Below are positions 1 through 9,171 of a stretch of 64,000 bases of DNA, piece by piece. Within the stretch, counting starts at the first letter, position 1. Every line of letters begins with the position of its first letter. Where the stretch lies: positions 160,001-224,000 of the forward strand of contig JBBRSP010000009.1 in assembly GCA_038245295.1 (NCBI GenBank). The letters run 5' to 3'. The position numbers and the translations under genes are program-made. This DNA comes from Candidatus Binatia bacterium (lineage in GTDB: Bacteria > Desulfobacterota > Binatia > HRBIN30). The notes beneath the pieces are model-generated. The model was not told the DNA's origin and made no database searches. It saw only the letters and a program-made list of their open reading frames with translations.

Positions 1-921
1 GACTAGATCTGCCGGCTTGATCCCGACGAGTCGTTCCATCGCCGGGCTGGCATACTGGATCGTATTGTCGGCATCGACCACGCAGATCGCGTCGGCGGCA
101 TTGCGAATCAGGGCTTCAAAACGCATCACGCTGTCGTGCACGGCCCTCTCCGCGCAAACTCGTTCCGTGATGTCTTCGTGCGCGATCACAACGCGCACCG
201 GTCCGCCGCCCTGGAAGCGCGTAACGCGAACGATGAACCAGCGTTGCTCGGTAGGCGAATGGCACGGGTACTCGAGATGAAACTCGTCAAGCTCACAAGC
301 CATAACAGCGCGAATGCCCGCCGCGACCTGGGCCGCCTCGCTTGAAAACTCTCCCGAAGCCGTGTCGCAGACTTCAAGGTAGTTGCTGTCCAGGGCGCTC
401 GCCTCGCCGCGGAAGTGATTGTTCACTGCAAAGGCGCGCCACGACGCGTTGACCGCGATGATGCGGCCCTCGCGGTCGACGATGGCAACGCTTGACGACA
501 GCGCGTCGAGGGTCGACTGCCTGAATTCCCGCTCAGCGCGTAGCTCGTCCTCGATCCGCTTGCGTTCGGTAATGTCGACGACCGAGGCAATGGCGACCCG
601 TCCCGCCACGGATTCGAGGACTGCAAGTCTGATCTCCAGCGAAACCTCGCTACCGTCTTTGCGAACGCCGCAGAGGTCGCGGTGGGTTCGCTCGTCGCCG
701 ATCGACGGTGCGGCAAAATAGGTGTGGCGGTGTTGCGGATGGGCGGCGCGGAATCGCGGTGGCACGAGGACTTCGACCACCTGTCCTATCAATTCCTCTC
801 GCGAGTATTGGAAGAGTCGCTCCGCTGCCTCATTGACGAAAAGAATCTGGCCGTGCTCGTCGGCTAGGAGAATCGCGATCGGGGCCACCGCGGCTAGCGC
901 GCGAAAGTCTACGCCGCCCAT
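1..921 (-). CDS. Multi-PAS domain sensor protein (kinase or GGDEF-type), runs off the left edge
   Basis: Absent from the ORF track because it has no stop in the window. Manual translation from ATG 921 gives MGGVDFRALAAVAPIAILLADEHGQILFVNEAAERLFQYSREELIGQ...RKDGSE...DITERKR, a second PAS ending EYPCHSPTEQRWF...HEDITER, and the start of a third PAS. Confidence 0.85.
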   Translation of the reverse strand, partial: MGGVDFRALAAVAPIAILLADEHGQILFVNEAAERLFQYSREELIGQVVEVLVPPRFRAAHPQHRHTYFAAPSIGDERTHRDLCGVRKDGSEVSLEIRLAVLESVAGRVAIASVVDITERKRIEDELRAEREFRQSTLDALSSSVAIVDREGRIIAVNASWRAFAVNNHFRGEASALDSNYLEVCDTASGEFSSEAAQVAAGIRAVMACELDEFHLEYPCHSPTEQRWFIVRVTRFQGGGPVRVVIAHEDITERVCAERAVHDSVMRFEALIRNAADAICVVDADNTIQYASPAMERLVGIKPADLV

Positions 922-1052
922 GCTTCACCCAAGACGATCACCTCGTAGCGGAATTCCATTAGGAGCCCCTCTTCGCACTATTGACCGTCCGGACGATGTG
1001 CGAAAGCTCGAATCATGCACTGGCGAAGACTGCAGGGCTGCAACGACGTCGT

Positions 1053-2069
1053 TCAAAAAATTGGGTTGCGGTAGCCTACGCTCCATTCGAAGATTCTACT
1101 GATTGTCGGGCTCAGGAAGATTCGTTTCAGCGGCCACACCGGTGAGTGACAGTCTGCGGGGGAGAGCTTTCCCGTCCACAAATCGGCCAGAGTGTCGACC
1201 GAACGCGCGGCGAGCTCGTCGAGGACCTGCTTGCCGATTTCCGGCGAGGCGATCTTCGGGATACCGGCGTAGGTTTCCTCTTCGAAATACTTCAACGACG
1301 CTTTGAATCCCTGAAACAGCTTGCCGATCGAGGCACGCCCCGGCTTCGATGCCTTCGGAGGCTTACCTTGTTGAGTCAGCTTGATGTCGACGGTCATGCG
1401 GTCGCACTGTTTGTAGATTGGATCGACCTTGTCGCCGATAAGATGCAGCAGCAGCGAAGTTTCGATCACACCACCGTGCGCATCGCCGTCGAGGATCTCC
1501 GGGGTCAGGCCCGGGATCTGGCCCAGTACCTGGCTGAGGTTTGACGTACCCTCGCTGAGCTTCTTAGCGAGGACCGAAAACAACGACACCATCTTGGAGC
1601 CGTAGCGAGTGTTGCTCTGATGACACGCTTCCTCGATCGCCACGAAATGTCGTGGGCCGCCATGAAAGCTCGACACCCAGACGTGTGGAAACCCTTGTTT
1701 GACCAGCGTGCGTCCGAGATCCGCCAACACACGCACGATCGTCGAACTGCGGAACATCAACGAACCGCTATGCGGCAGGACGTCGGCGGCGGTGTAGATG
1801 GGTGGTAAGCGCAGACAGATGATTTCGGGGTGCCGTTCATGCAACAGATCGAGCGTCCGCATCGTCAGCGCGTCGGCTTCGAGGTTATCGCAGATGACCG
1901 GCAGATGCGGTCCGTGGACCTCGAGCGGCGAGCAAGCCACGGTCACCACGCAACGGCTCTTGTCGAGCTCGCGAAAGTCCTTGCCGGTCATGTGCTGCCA
2001 CTCGCGCAAGTACGGCCGCGTCGTTCCTGCATCCATCGCACTACCTCCCAAGCTCTCTGAAACACCCAA
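1053..2069 (-). CDS. Creatininase/creatinine amidohydrolase family protein
   Basis: Motifs SPLEVHGPHLPxxxD, FHGG and DAHGGxxETS. The real start is probably ATG 2036. Confidence 0.85.
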   Translation of the reverse strand: MGVSESLGGSAMDAGTTRPYLREWQHMTGKDFRELDKSRCVVTVACSPLEVHGPHLPVICDNLEADALTMRTLDLLHERHPEIICLRLPPIYTAADVLPHSGSLMFRSSTIVRVLADLGRTLVKQGFPHVWVSSFHGGPRHFVAIEEACHQSNTRYGSKMVSLFSVLAKKLSEGTSNLSQVLGQIPGLTPEILDGDAHGGVIETSLLLHLIGDKVDPIYKQCDRMTVDIKLTQQGKPPKASKPGRASIGKLFQGFKASLKYFEEETYAGIPKIASPEIGKQVLDELAARSVDTLADLWTGKLSPADCHSPVWPLKRIFLSPTISRIFEWSVGYRNPIF

Positions 2070-2144
2070 CGTAACGCGGTGTCGTGGTCATGATAAGATC
2101 ACCAAATCGCCAGATGACCAAATGGCTCGACGTCACTGATCGAA

Positions 2145-4226
2145 TCACCGTAAGCACGGTTCGCCCAGTGAACGCGGCGCTACCACTTCCCCAACGCCGC
2201 CGCGCAGGACGCTATCGATGAAGCAACTGTATTGGAACTTCACGGCATCGAGCTGGGCGAAGATGTGATGTGGCGTCAGGATGCCGTCGCCTTGGTACTG
2301 CGCGACGATGGCCGTGAACGGCCGGCCATCCAGGGAGCGCTGATTGTGAGACTGCGGATACGACAATACCCCCGCCCGTCCGTCGGTGGCGAGAACGTCT
2401 TGCATGCTACTCCACTCAACGGTGCCTGCCTGCTGCACACCGGTGGATAATGCCATGAGGTTGTAGATCGGAATCGGGAAGTCCGGGTCATCTTTGCCGA
2501 CCGGCACGTAGATGTCGCGCGCCGGATGGTTCGGCAACGGGTTGTGCCCGAGACGCGCCGCAAACACCACCGGATCCGATGGTTCGAAGCCCATCTGCAC
2601 CAACTGCATGGCTGGATGCAGGTGCGTCAGCGGCTTGGCCGAGTTGATCAACAGACTGATCACGTCCGGCGACTCGACACCCGGAAGGATCTGTCCGAGC
2701 AGCGTCACCATGCTCCAGTAGCCGCCGGAACCGGTGGGCACGACCGCAACCGCGTGCGGCTCGACGGCGCCGACTTCATTGGTGAACTGACCACCGAGGG
2801 ATTGTCCGAGAAGAACGACGCGTTCGGTCTGCAATCGATAGTCGGTAGCAGTCGCCGGCAACGACAGGCCGCGACACGCGGCAACCACCTCCGGACCGAT
2901 GCGTAACTTGCCGATCGCTTCCAGCAGCAGTCGCTGCTCGATCGTGCCTTGGCGGAAGGTATCGGGATACGCCGCGAGATTGTTGAGATTGAGATACGTC
3001 CGCATGCTCGTGCCCGAGCCAACGCCGGGCAAACGCTCGGGGTTCAAGGGCAACGCAGCGGCCACGGTGGCGATGCCATGTGCCGCCAGGACATGGGCCG
3101 GCCCTTCGCCCTTCTTCGGCGTACCGTTGGGTTCCGTCACCGCGCCGCGATCGACGACTTGCGTCGACAACCCACCGGTGCCGTGGAAGTAGAGCACCAT
3201 CGGGTAGCCGGCGTCCGGCATCGCCGTCAGGGGTAGGTTGATGCTGATCGGCACATCCTCCTGACGCTGCTCGACGGGGAGTAAGTCGTCACCATACACG
3301 AACAAGCCATCACGATTGTACGGCGGCTCACCCTTTTGAAACTGCGGCATACGCACGCTGGCGTTCAGCTCGCAGAAGCGTTCGTGGCTGGCGCCGTCGT
3401 CCGGATCGATGTGCAGATCGCTGACCGCCACGTCGTAGTGATCGACAACCCGGGTGACGAGATCAGCAAGCTCGGCGACGACGTCGCCGGTCGTGAACAC
3501 GGACGCCGCCGCGACATCAGCGCTATCGAAGCCGCGTCGGCGTAGCGTCTCCCACAAGGGGGCATACTGCTCTGCCGCCGCGGCACCGCGCTGTCCCGAC
3601 GGAATCTCTCCAACGCGCAACTGCGCCAAGGCCAACGGCTGCCCCAGCAAGTCGCCGCGCGCATCGCGAAGTTGGCGGCGCACGACAAACGCATACGTAC
3701 GATTCGGATGCAGCACGACGCCGGGCATCGCCGCGACCGCCAGCAGATTTTCCGGCACGTAGCCATCCACCGGTGGCACGGTGGCGACGGTCGGGAACAA
3801 GCGCCCGCGCTCGGGTGATTGTGGATCTACATCGATGAGCCACAGCGGCGACGGCGCATCCGCCGCGATCGGCGCCAATGCCTCACGTCCGCCCAGCGCC
3901 GCGTCGAAGCGAAAGAAACACGCGGGGGTGACCGGATAGCCGTGGCGCAGACCGACGAGCGTTTTCACCGGGCGCAGGATCGCTTGCACGGCCGGGAAAC
4001 CGGCCACGTCGGGAGCGCCGGTCGCGGTAACGCGCAGGTCCGATGTCGTCGGGAAGTCGTAGTAGTGTGCAGGCTCTTGCAGATTGGCATCGAGATCGAA
4101 GGCCACAGTCGTGCCCGCAATCGCCGTGGGCGCCGCCATCGGCGCGCCCGCTTCTTCACGACAGCCGACAAGGGCGGCAAGCAAAGCGGCTGCGGCCACC
4201 GCCAAGCAGATTCGCATCCGGCTCAA
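2145..4226 (-). CDS. Lipoprotein alpha/beta-hydrolase (lipase-like)
   Basis: Signal peptide with lipobox LVG-C, YFHGTGG and nucleophile elbow GQSLGG. Confidence 0.75.
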   Translation of the reverse strand: MSRMRICLAVAAAALLAALVGCREEAGAPMAAPTAIAGTTVAFDLDANLQEPAHYYDFPTTSDLRVTATGAPDVAGFPAVQAILRPVKTLVGLRHGYPVTPACFFRFDAALGGREALAPIAADAPSPLWLIDVDPQSPERGRLFPTVATVPPVDGYVPENLLAVAAMPGVVLHPNRTYAFVVRRQLRDARGDLLGQPLALAQLRVGEIPSGQRGAAAAEQYAPLWETLRRRGFDSADVAAASVFTTGDVVAELADLVTRVVDHYDVAVSDLHIDPDDGASHERFCELNASVRMPQFQKGEPPYNRDGLFVYGDDLLPVEQRQEDVPISINLPLTAMPDAGYPMVLYFHGTGGLSTQVVDRGAVTEPNGTPKKGEGPAHVLAAHGIATVAAALPLNPERLPGVGSGTSMRTYLNLNNLAAYPDTFRQGTIEQRLLLEAIGKLRIGPEVVAACRGLSLPATATDYRLQTERVVLLGQSLGGQFTNEVGAVEPHAVAVVPTGSGGYWSMVTLLGQILPGVESPDVISLLINSAKPLTHLHPAMQLVQMGFEPSDPVVFAARLGHNPLPNHPARDIYVPVGKDDPDFPIPIYNLMALSTGVQQAGTVEWSSMQDVLATDGRAGVLSYPQSHNQRSLDGRPFTAIVAQYQGDGILTPHHIFAQLDAVKFQYSCFIDSVLRGGVGEVVAPRSLGEPCLR

Positions 4227-4762
4227 TTAGCAGTTCCTCGGCTGAGCGCGCCACTCCGTCGCTTTCGCCGGAAGGACTCGAACGAAAGCGAAGCCAAGCC
4301 TGAGGCCACCGGACTGTGCGCCATCCGACAGTTCCTGCGCCAACCCGACGCCGCGTGAGTCAGCCACAAAGACGGCTGCCGAAATCGTCGCGAAAGGTCG
4401 CAAAAGCCGCGAAAGCCTGGGGTGTGCGTGAAGCGTGTCTCTCCGTGAAGGGATTCGCTACTGTCGAAGGAAATGGCAATCACCTTCCCGGCCGCCGCCG
4501 GCGTTGTGTGGTGGCATCGGCGTAGGAAGCCCAATCCGGCCTCGATACTCTGGCTCGCCGCGCCGGTCGTTGTTGTCATCGCCTACGCCAAGCCGCGCCG
4601 GGACGCCAACGAGCCTGGGGCAACCCGCCCGTGGAGCTGATTTCGCCCGGAGCGCGCCAGGACCCGCCCGCCGCCGCCATTGCCTGCGGGATGCCGCGAC
4701 AGCGCAGCCAGCGGTGAATTGATTCCGCTACTCTCGGGTCGCGCAACCACCTTCGAAAATCG

Positions 4763-5130
4763 TTTACACCATGGTTTCTTGAAGCGGAGGGGGTGTAAAT
4801 TAGCGGAACTCTAGGTCTCCTCACGCGACCGTCTACGTAACTACTATTACATGCCAGTCGCGTCAGGAAACTGACGCAAAATGTGCGCTTAGACGCCGTC
4901 GCCTCACGAAAAGACCCTAAAACCCAGCTTTCAGGCGTGGTTGCTTCAAGAAACCATACGTAAAACAACTCTCACTAATCGGCGCGTGAAGCGCCATAGT
5001 GTGCCCCTAATTTTACCTATGGTCGCTTCAAGAAACTATATGCAAAATGATTCTCGCTAACGGAAGCGTGAATCGCTGAAGCCCCGAACTAATCCAATGC
5101 AGGGCCGCTTCAAGAAACCTGGCTTGAAAC
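4763..5130. repeat. Degenerate ~82-bp periodic non-coding array (core GCTTCAAGAAAC) with an inverted copy upstream
   Basis: Core at 4943, 5025 and 5107, with a degenerate copy at 4860. Reverse complement at 4774-4785. Units 4939-5020 and 5021-5102 match at 52/82 positions ungapped. Confidence 0.8.
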
Positions 5131-5358
5131 AACACATGCGAGCCACCGAGCCAAGCCCATGGGAGCGCCAGCTCGAATGTGGGGATCGAAGTCGGAAAAG
5201 GGGATAGGTCCAATTGCCGATCGTTGGCCGCTATTTGGACTTATCCCCATTATCGAGCCCGAGGAGGCGCCGATCATCTATGAGATGGACATCGTCCGAC
5301 CTGAGCGCACGAGCAGTCTGACCTTGCTCGCGAAGATCGCACAGGAACGGGGTCCGAC

Positions 5359-5430
5359 GAGGGACGTTGTAACAACTTTCGCAAGTCTCCCGACGACGAA
5401 CGACAGTTGAGAAAGTTACAACGTCCCCTC
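5359..5430. repeat. Imperfect inverted repeat downstream of the MFS gene (terminator or REP-like)
   Basis: GAGGGACGTTGTAACAACTTTC ... GAAAGTTACAACGTCCCCTC. Confidence 0.5.
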
Positions 5431-5454
5431 GGAAGCCCCTTGGAAGTCGATCAC

Positions 5455-6651
5455 TCAGCGCAGTTGCTTCGGTCGCCAAGGCAGGCCGAGCAAAGTCACC
5501 AGGCAGAACCCGGCGCCGGCGTAGAACGTCGCCGCCGGGCCCAGGCGATCCCACAGCAGGCCGGCAATGACACTCGCCAGCAGCATCGCAAGTCCGCTCG
5601 TCAGGTTGAAGAATCCGTAGGCCGTTCCGCGCAGGTCGGCGGGTGCCGCGGTGGCGACCATCGTGGCGAACAGGCCTTGGGTAATTCCCAGGTGGACGCC
5701 CCATAGCGCGACCCCAGCGAGCACGCCGCTCCACTGCTCTCCGCTGGCAAGCACGAGATCGGCGGCGATCAACACGACGAGGCCGAGGCCGAGCAAGGTG
5801 CTGTGGCGCATGCTGTCGGAGAGTTTGCCAAACGGATACGCCGACAGGGAGTAGACGAGATTCATCGTCACCAACACCAGCGGCACCAGGGCGACGGGAA
5901 TGCCCGATTGCCGGGCGCGCAGCACCAGGAAGGCTTCGCTGAAGCGCGCCAGGGTGAAGACGGCGCCGACAGCCACCACCCACCAATACGCCGCGCCCAG
6001 GCGGCGTAGGTTGGCGCGCCGAATCGGATTGGTGCGTTGCCCGTTGCCAGGCTGATCCGGTTCGCGCAGCCCCAGCGTGAGCAGGGTGACCGACAGTGCT
6101 CCCGGAATGACCGCCACCCAGAAGACGGCGCGGAAATCGTCGTGCCACAGGAGCATGAGGCCAACGCCGAGCAGCGGCCCGAGGAAGGCGCCAACGGTAT
6201 CGAGCGACTGGCGCAACCCGAAGGCCGCACCGCGCAATGACGGCGGCGCAAGGTCGGCCACCATCGCATCACGCGGCGCGCCGCGCACGCCTTTGCCTAC
6301 ACGATCCAGCAAGCGGGCGCCGAGGACGACCGTGGCGTTGGGGGCGAGTGCAAATAGCGGCTTGGTCAACGCCCCCAGAGCGTAGCCAAACACCGCCAGC
6401 CCCTTGCGTCGTCCCAGATAGTCGCTGAGCGCGCCGGAGAACACCTTGACGATCAGTGCCGTCGATTCGGCCAGGCCTTCGATCAATCCGACCGTCAACG
6501 CACTAACGCCGAGGGTTGTGACCAGAAACAGCGGCAGCAAGCTGTGGATCATCTCGGAAGACACATCCATGAGCATGCTGACGAGACCCAGCACCCAAAC
6601 CCCGGCGGGAATGCGCGGCGCCGCCGCTTCGGTGGTTGGGGTGGTATCCAT
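5455..6651 (-). CDS. MFS transporter
   Basis: About 12 hydrophobic segments, motif A-like GALSDYLGRRK and DRVGKGVRGAPRD. Confidence 0.92.
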   Translation of the reverse strand: MDTTPTTEAAAPRIPAGVWVLGLVSMLMDVSSEMIHSLLPLFLVTTLGVSALTVGLIEGLAESTALIVKVFSGALSDYLGRRKGLAVFGYALGALTKPLFALAPNATVVLGARLLDRVGKGVRGAPRDAMVADLAPPSLRGAAFGLRQSLDTVGAFLGPLLGVGLMLLWHDDFRAVFWVAVIPGALSVTLLTLGLREPDQPGNGQRTNPIRRANLRRLGAAYWWVVAVGAVFTLARFSEAFLVLRARQSGIPVALVPLVLVTMNLVYSLSAYPFGKLSDSMRHSTLLGLGLVVLIAADLVLASGEQWSGVLAGVALWGVHLGITQGLFATMVATAAPADLRGTAYGFFNLTSGLAMLLASVIAGLLWDRLGPAATFYAGAGFCLVTLLGLPWRPKQLR

Positions 6652-6834
6652 GCGCGGGGCTCGACCGTCCCTCTATCGAGAGATGCAGCTCAGGGGAACA
6701 GCGAGAGACAACAGAGGGCCCGCGGTGGCAATTCCCAGCTTTCGGCTTGCCCTTCAGGCTCTCACGTTGGATAGCTGATCGCCGGTCCACCTAAATGATC
6801 CTCGCCGCCGTGACTCGGGCGCTCGACGTGGGGC

Positions 6835-6993
6835 TTGATCGGGGCCGGACCGGTCCGACCCCGATCAACACGCCTGCAATGCCCGGCGCAGCCAGAAGCA
6901 ACCACGGACGGCACGGATGGCCACGGATCTAAGGAATTTAGATCCTAAAGAACTTGACGGGTTCGATCCGTGTAATCGGTCCCCATCCGTGGT
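6835..6993. repeat. Two adjacent REP-like palindromic elements
   Basis: A 34-bp palindrome with one mismatched pair at 6835-6868, and ACCACGGACGGCACGGAT...ATCCGTGTAATCGGTCCCCATCCGTGGT at 6901-6993. Confidence 0.65.
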
Positions 6994-7118
6994 GCGCGAA
7001 GCGCTTTCACCAGCTTAGCGGCGCTCCTTCACCGCCGCGTCCTTTGCACGCGAAGGCCAACAGGACTGACCGACATCCCATTCCATCAACGAGGCAACTC
7101 CGCTAGCGGGAAACGATC

Positions 7119-9065
7119 ATGAAGCGTCGCGGCTTCGCGCCGTTCTTTCCGTTTGCCGATCGTGCCGACAACGCGATTGAGCTGTCGCCGATCAAGGCGG
7201 TCGAGCTGCAGGCGAGTCGGCTGTCGGACGTCATCTCTCTTGCCCAGGGCATCCCTAGCTTCGACACGCCGGAGCCGATCAAGCGCTACATCACGGAGAA
7301 GATCGCGTCAGGTGCTTGTGCTAAGTACTCGCTTACTCCTGGCTTGCCGCAGTTGCGTGAGCTGATCAGCGAAACCTTGCGCACTGAGGGTATGCACTAC
7401 GACCCGGATGGCGAGATCATCGTCACCTGCGGGTCGATCGAAGCCATCAGCGCCAGCCTGCTCGCGCTGGTTGGGCCCGGCGATGAAGTTCTCGTCGTGT
7501 CGCCCACCTACGCGTCCTACATTCCCGCCATTCGACTGACCGGCGCCACACCACGCTTCGTGCCGCTCAACGAAGACGCCAACTTCGATCTCGACCCCGA
7601 CGCCATCGCCGCCGCCATCACGCGACGCACGCGCGCCATCCTGTTTAGCAACCCGAACAATCCGACCGGCACGATCTACTCGGTTTCCGAGATGCGCCGA
7701 CTGATGCACCTGGCCGAACGCCACGATCTGCTGGTGATCACGGATGAGGTGTACAAGGATTTTCTCTACACCGATGAGCCACCCGGCAACCCGGCGCTGT
7801 TTCCCGAGTGCCGCAACCGTGTCATTCGGGTCTGTTCGTTCTCGAAGGCCTATGGCATGACCGGCTGGCGCGTCGGCTTTCTGCACACCGATCGACCGCT
7901 CGCTGATTCCATCCTGCGCGTCCACGATGCCCTGGTCACCTGTGCGCCCGTCGCCTCACAATACGGCGCCATCGCCGCCCTCGAATTCGGCGCGCCGTTC
8001 GTCGAGCAGTTCCGCGACGCCTTTCGTATTCGCCGCACCCGCACGATCGAACGGCTCGACGCCTTGCCCGACGTCTTCGACTACCAGAAGCCCAACGCAT
8101 CCTACTTTGCGTTCCCGCGCATCAAGGACTCGGTTCCCCTGGCGCGCGACTCGCGTGCCCTCGCCTCGGAGATCCTGGAACAGGTGCGCGTCGCTCTGGT
8201 GCCCGGCATCGCCTTCGGCCCGACCGGCGAGTCGCATCTGCGCATCTGTTACGCGCGCGAGCTCAACGACATCGATCGCGCCTTTGATCGACTCGACGAT
8301 TACTTCGCCGGTCGCCGGCCGCGTCTCTACTCGACACCCGCCGCAACCAATATCGGGCCGTCGAGACACGGTGTGCGGCGCGCCGCCGTCGCCACCCTGC
8401 AAAGCCTGGCGCGCCTGGCGCTGGCGCGACACCATCCGAAGGTCATCGCCATCGCCGGCGGGCATGGCAAAACCGTCCTCAAGCGTTCGCTCAGCGAAGC
8501 TCTATCGCAGCGGTATCGCGTCCGCGCCAATCCGTTGTCCTACAACACCGATATCGGCCTGCCGCTGGCGATCCTCGACACCGTCGTCGAAGACATGCGC
8601 CCGGCAACGCTGCTGCGACGCGGCGCGCGCGCCGTGGCCAATGCGTTGCAGCCGGCCCACGAGGATATTCTGATTCTCGAGTTTGGAGCGCGGCAGCCCG
8701 GCGATATGCAGCGGCTACTGCGCATCGTCGAGCCGTCGTTGATCGTTGTCATGCCACTGTCGCCGGAATACTCGGAAGAAGTTGAAGGGCTGGCTGTGCA
8801 ACGCGCCGAGATCCGTGTCCTCGTCGACCACGCCGCCGCCCGCAACATCCCCGTCGTCGCCTGCAGCGACGACAGTAGCGTCGCCGAGCTGGCCAAAGGT
8901 CCGCAGGCCCACCTGTTTGGTCGCGACAATCTCAAGAACGCCGATGGCCGGAACTTCGCCGATCTGGGTGGCGTCCTTGTGCCCGTCGAGGATGAGCTGG
9001 TCGGCGACAGTGCGGTGCACGCGGCGATCGCGACCGCGATCGTCCAACGCCTTCTCGATACCTGA
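7119..9065 (+). CDS. Class I/II PLP aminotransferase fused to a C-terminal Mur-ligase (MurF-like) central domain
   Basis: NPNNPTG, DEVY and SFSKAYGMTGWRVG, followed by PKVIAIAGGHGKT, SYNTDIGLPLAIL and ILEFGARQPGDM. Confidence 0.85.
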   Translation: MKRRGFAPFFPFADRADNAIELSPIKAVELQASRLSDVISLAQGIPSFDTPEPIKRYITEKIASGACAKYSLTPGLPQLRELISETLRTEGMHYDPDGEIIVTCGSIEAISASLLALVGPGDEVLVVSPTYASYIPAIRLTGATPRFVPLNEDANFDLDPDAIAAAITRRTRAILFSNPNNPTGTIYSVSEMRRLMHLAERHDLLVITDEVYKDFLYTDEPPGNPALFPECRNRVIRVCSFSKAYGMTGWRVGFLHTDRPLADSILRVHDALVTCAPVASQYGAIAALEFGAPFVEQFRDAFRIRRTRTIERLDALPDVFDYQKPNASYFAFPRIKDSVPLARDSRALASEILEQVRVALVPGIAFGPTGESHLRICYARELNDIDRAFDRLDDYFAGRRPRLYSTPAATNIGPSRHGVRRAAVATLQSLARLALARHHPKVIAIAGGHGKTVLKRSLSEALSQRYRVRANPLSYNTDIGLPLAILDTVVEDMRPATLLRRGARAVANALQPAHEDILILEFGARQPGDMQRLLRIVEPSLIVVMPLSPEYSEEVEGLAVQRAEIRVLVDHAAARNIPVVACSDDSSVAELAKGPQAHLFGRDNLKNADGRNFADLGGVLVPVEDELVGDSAVHAAIATAIVQRLLDT

Positions 9066-9171
9066 CGTTTTGGATAAGGCCCGCCACGGTGCATGCATCT
9101 CACCCTACGGCGGATCGGTAGGCGCAAGCTTCAGCTTGCGGCGTGCAACCCCCACCGAGCCGCGGGCAATG

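Noticed and set aside
1053..2069. Mycofactocin peptidase MftE
   Set aside because: Creatininase fold only; no mft genes nearby.
2096..2127. 8-nt periodic tract AGATCACC AAATCGCC AGATGACC (similar short-period tracts near 36965 and 39340)
   Set aside because: Too short and degenerate to assign a function.
4483..4640. Short + strand ORF MAITFPAAAGVVWW... and GNRA-like hairpins nearby
   Set aside because: Poorly spaced RBS and no recognisable family or RNA motif; cannot be supported.
4856..5130. Canonical CRISPR array
   Set aside because: The repeats are too degenerate, the intervening parts are partly similar to each other, and there are no cas genes. Kept as an unexplained array.
4223..5410. 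ORFs 4223-4579, 4576-4968, 5028-5213 and 5159-5410
   Set aside because: No motifs and atypical composition; two overlap a non-triplet repeat.
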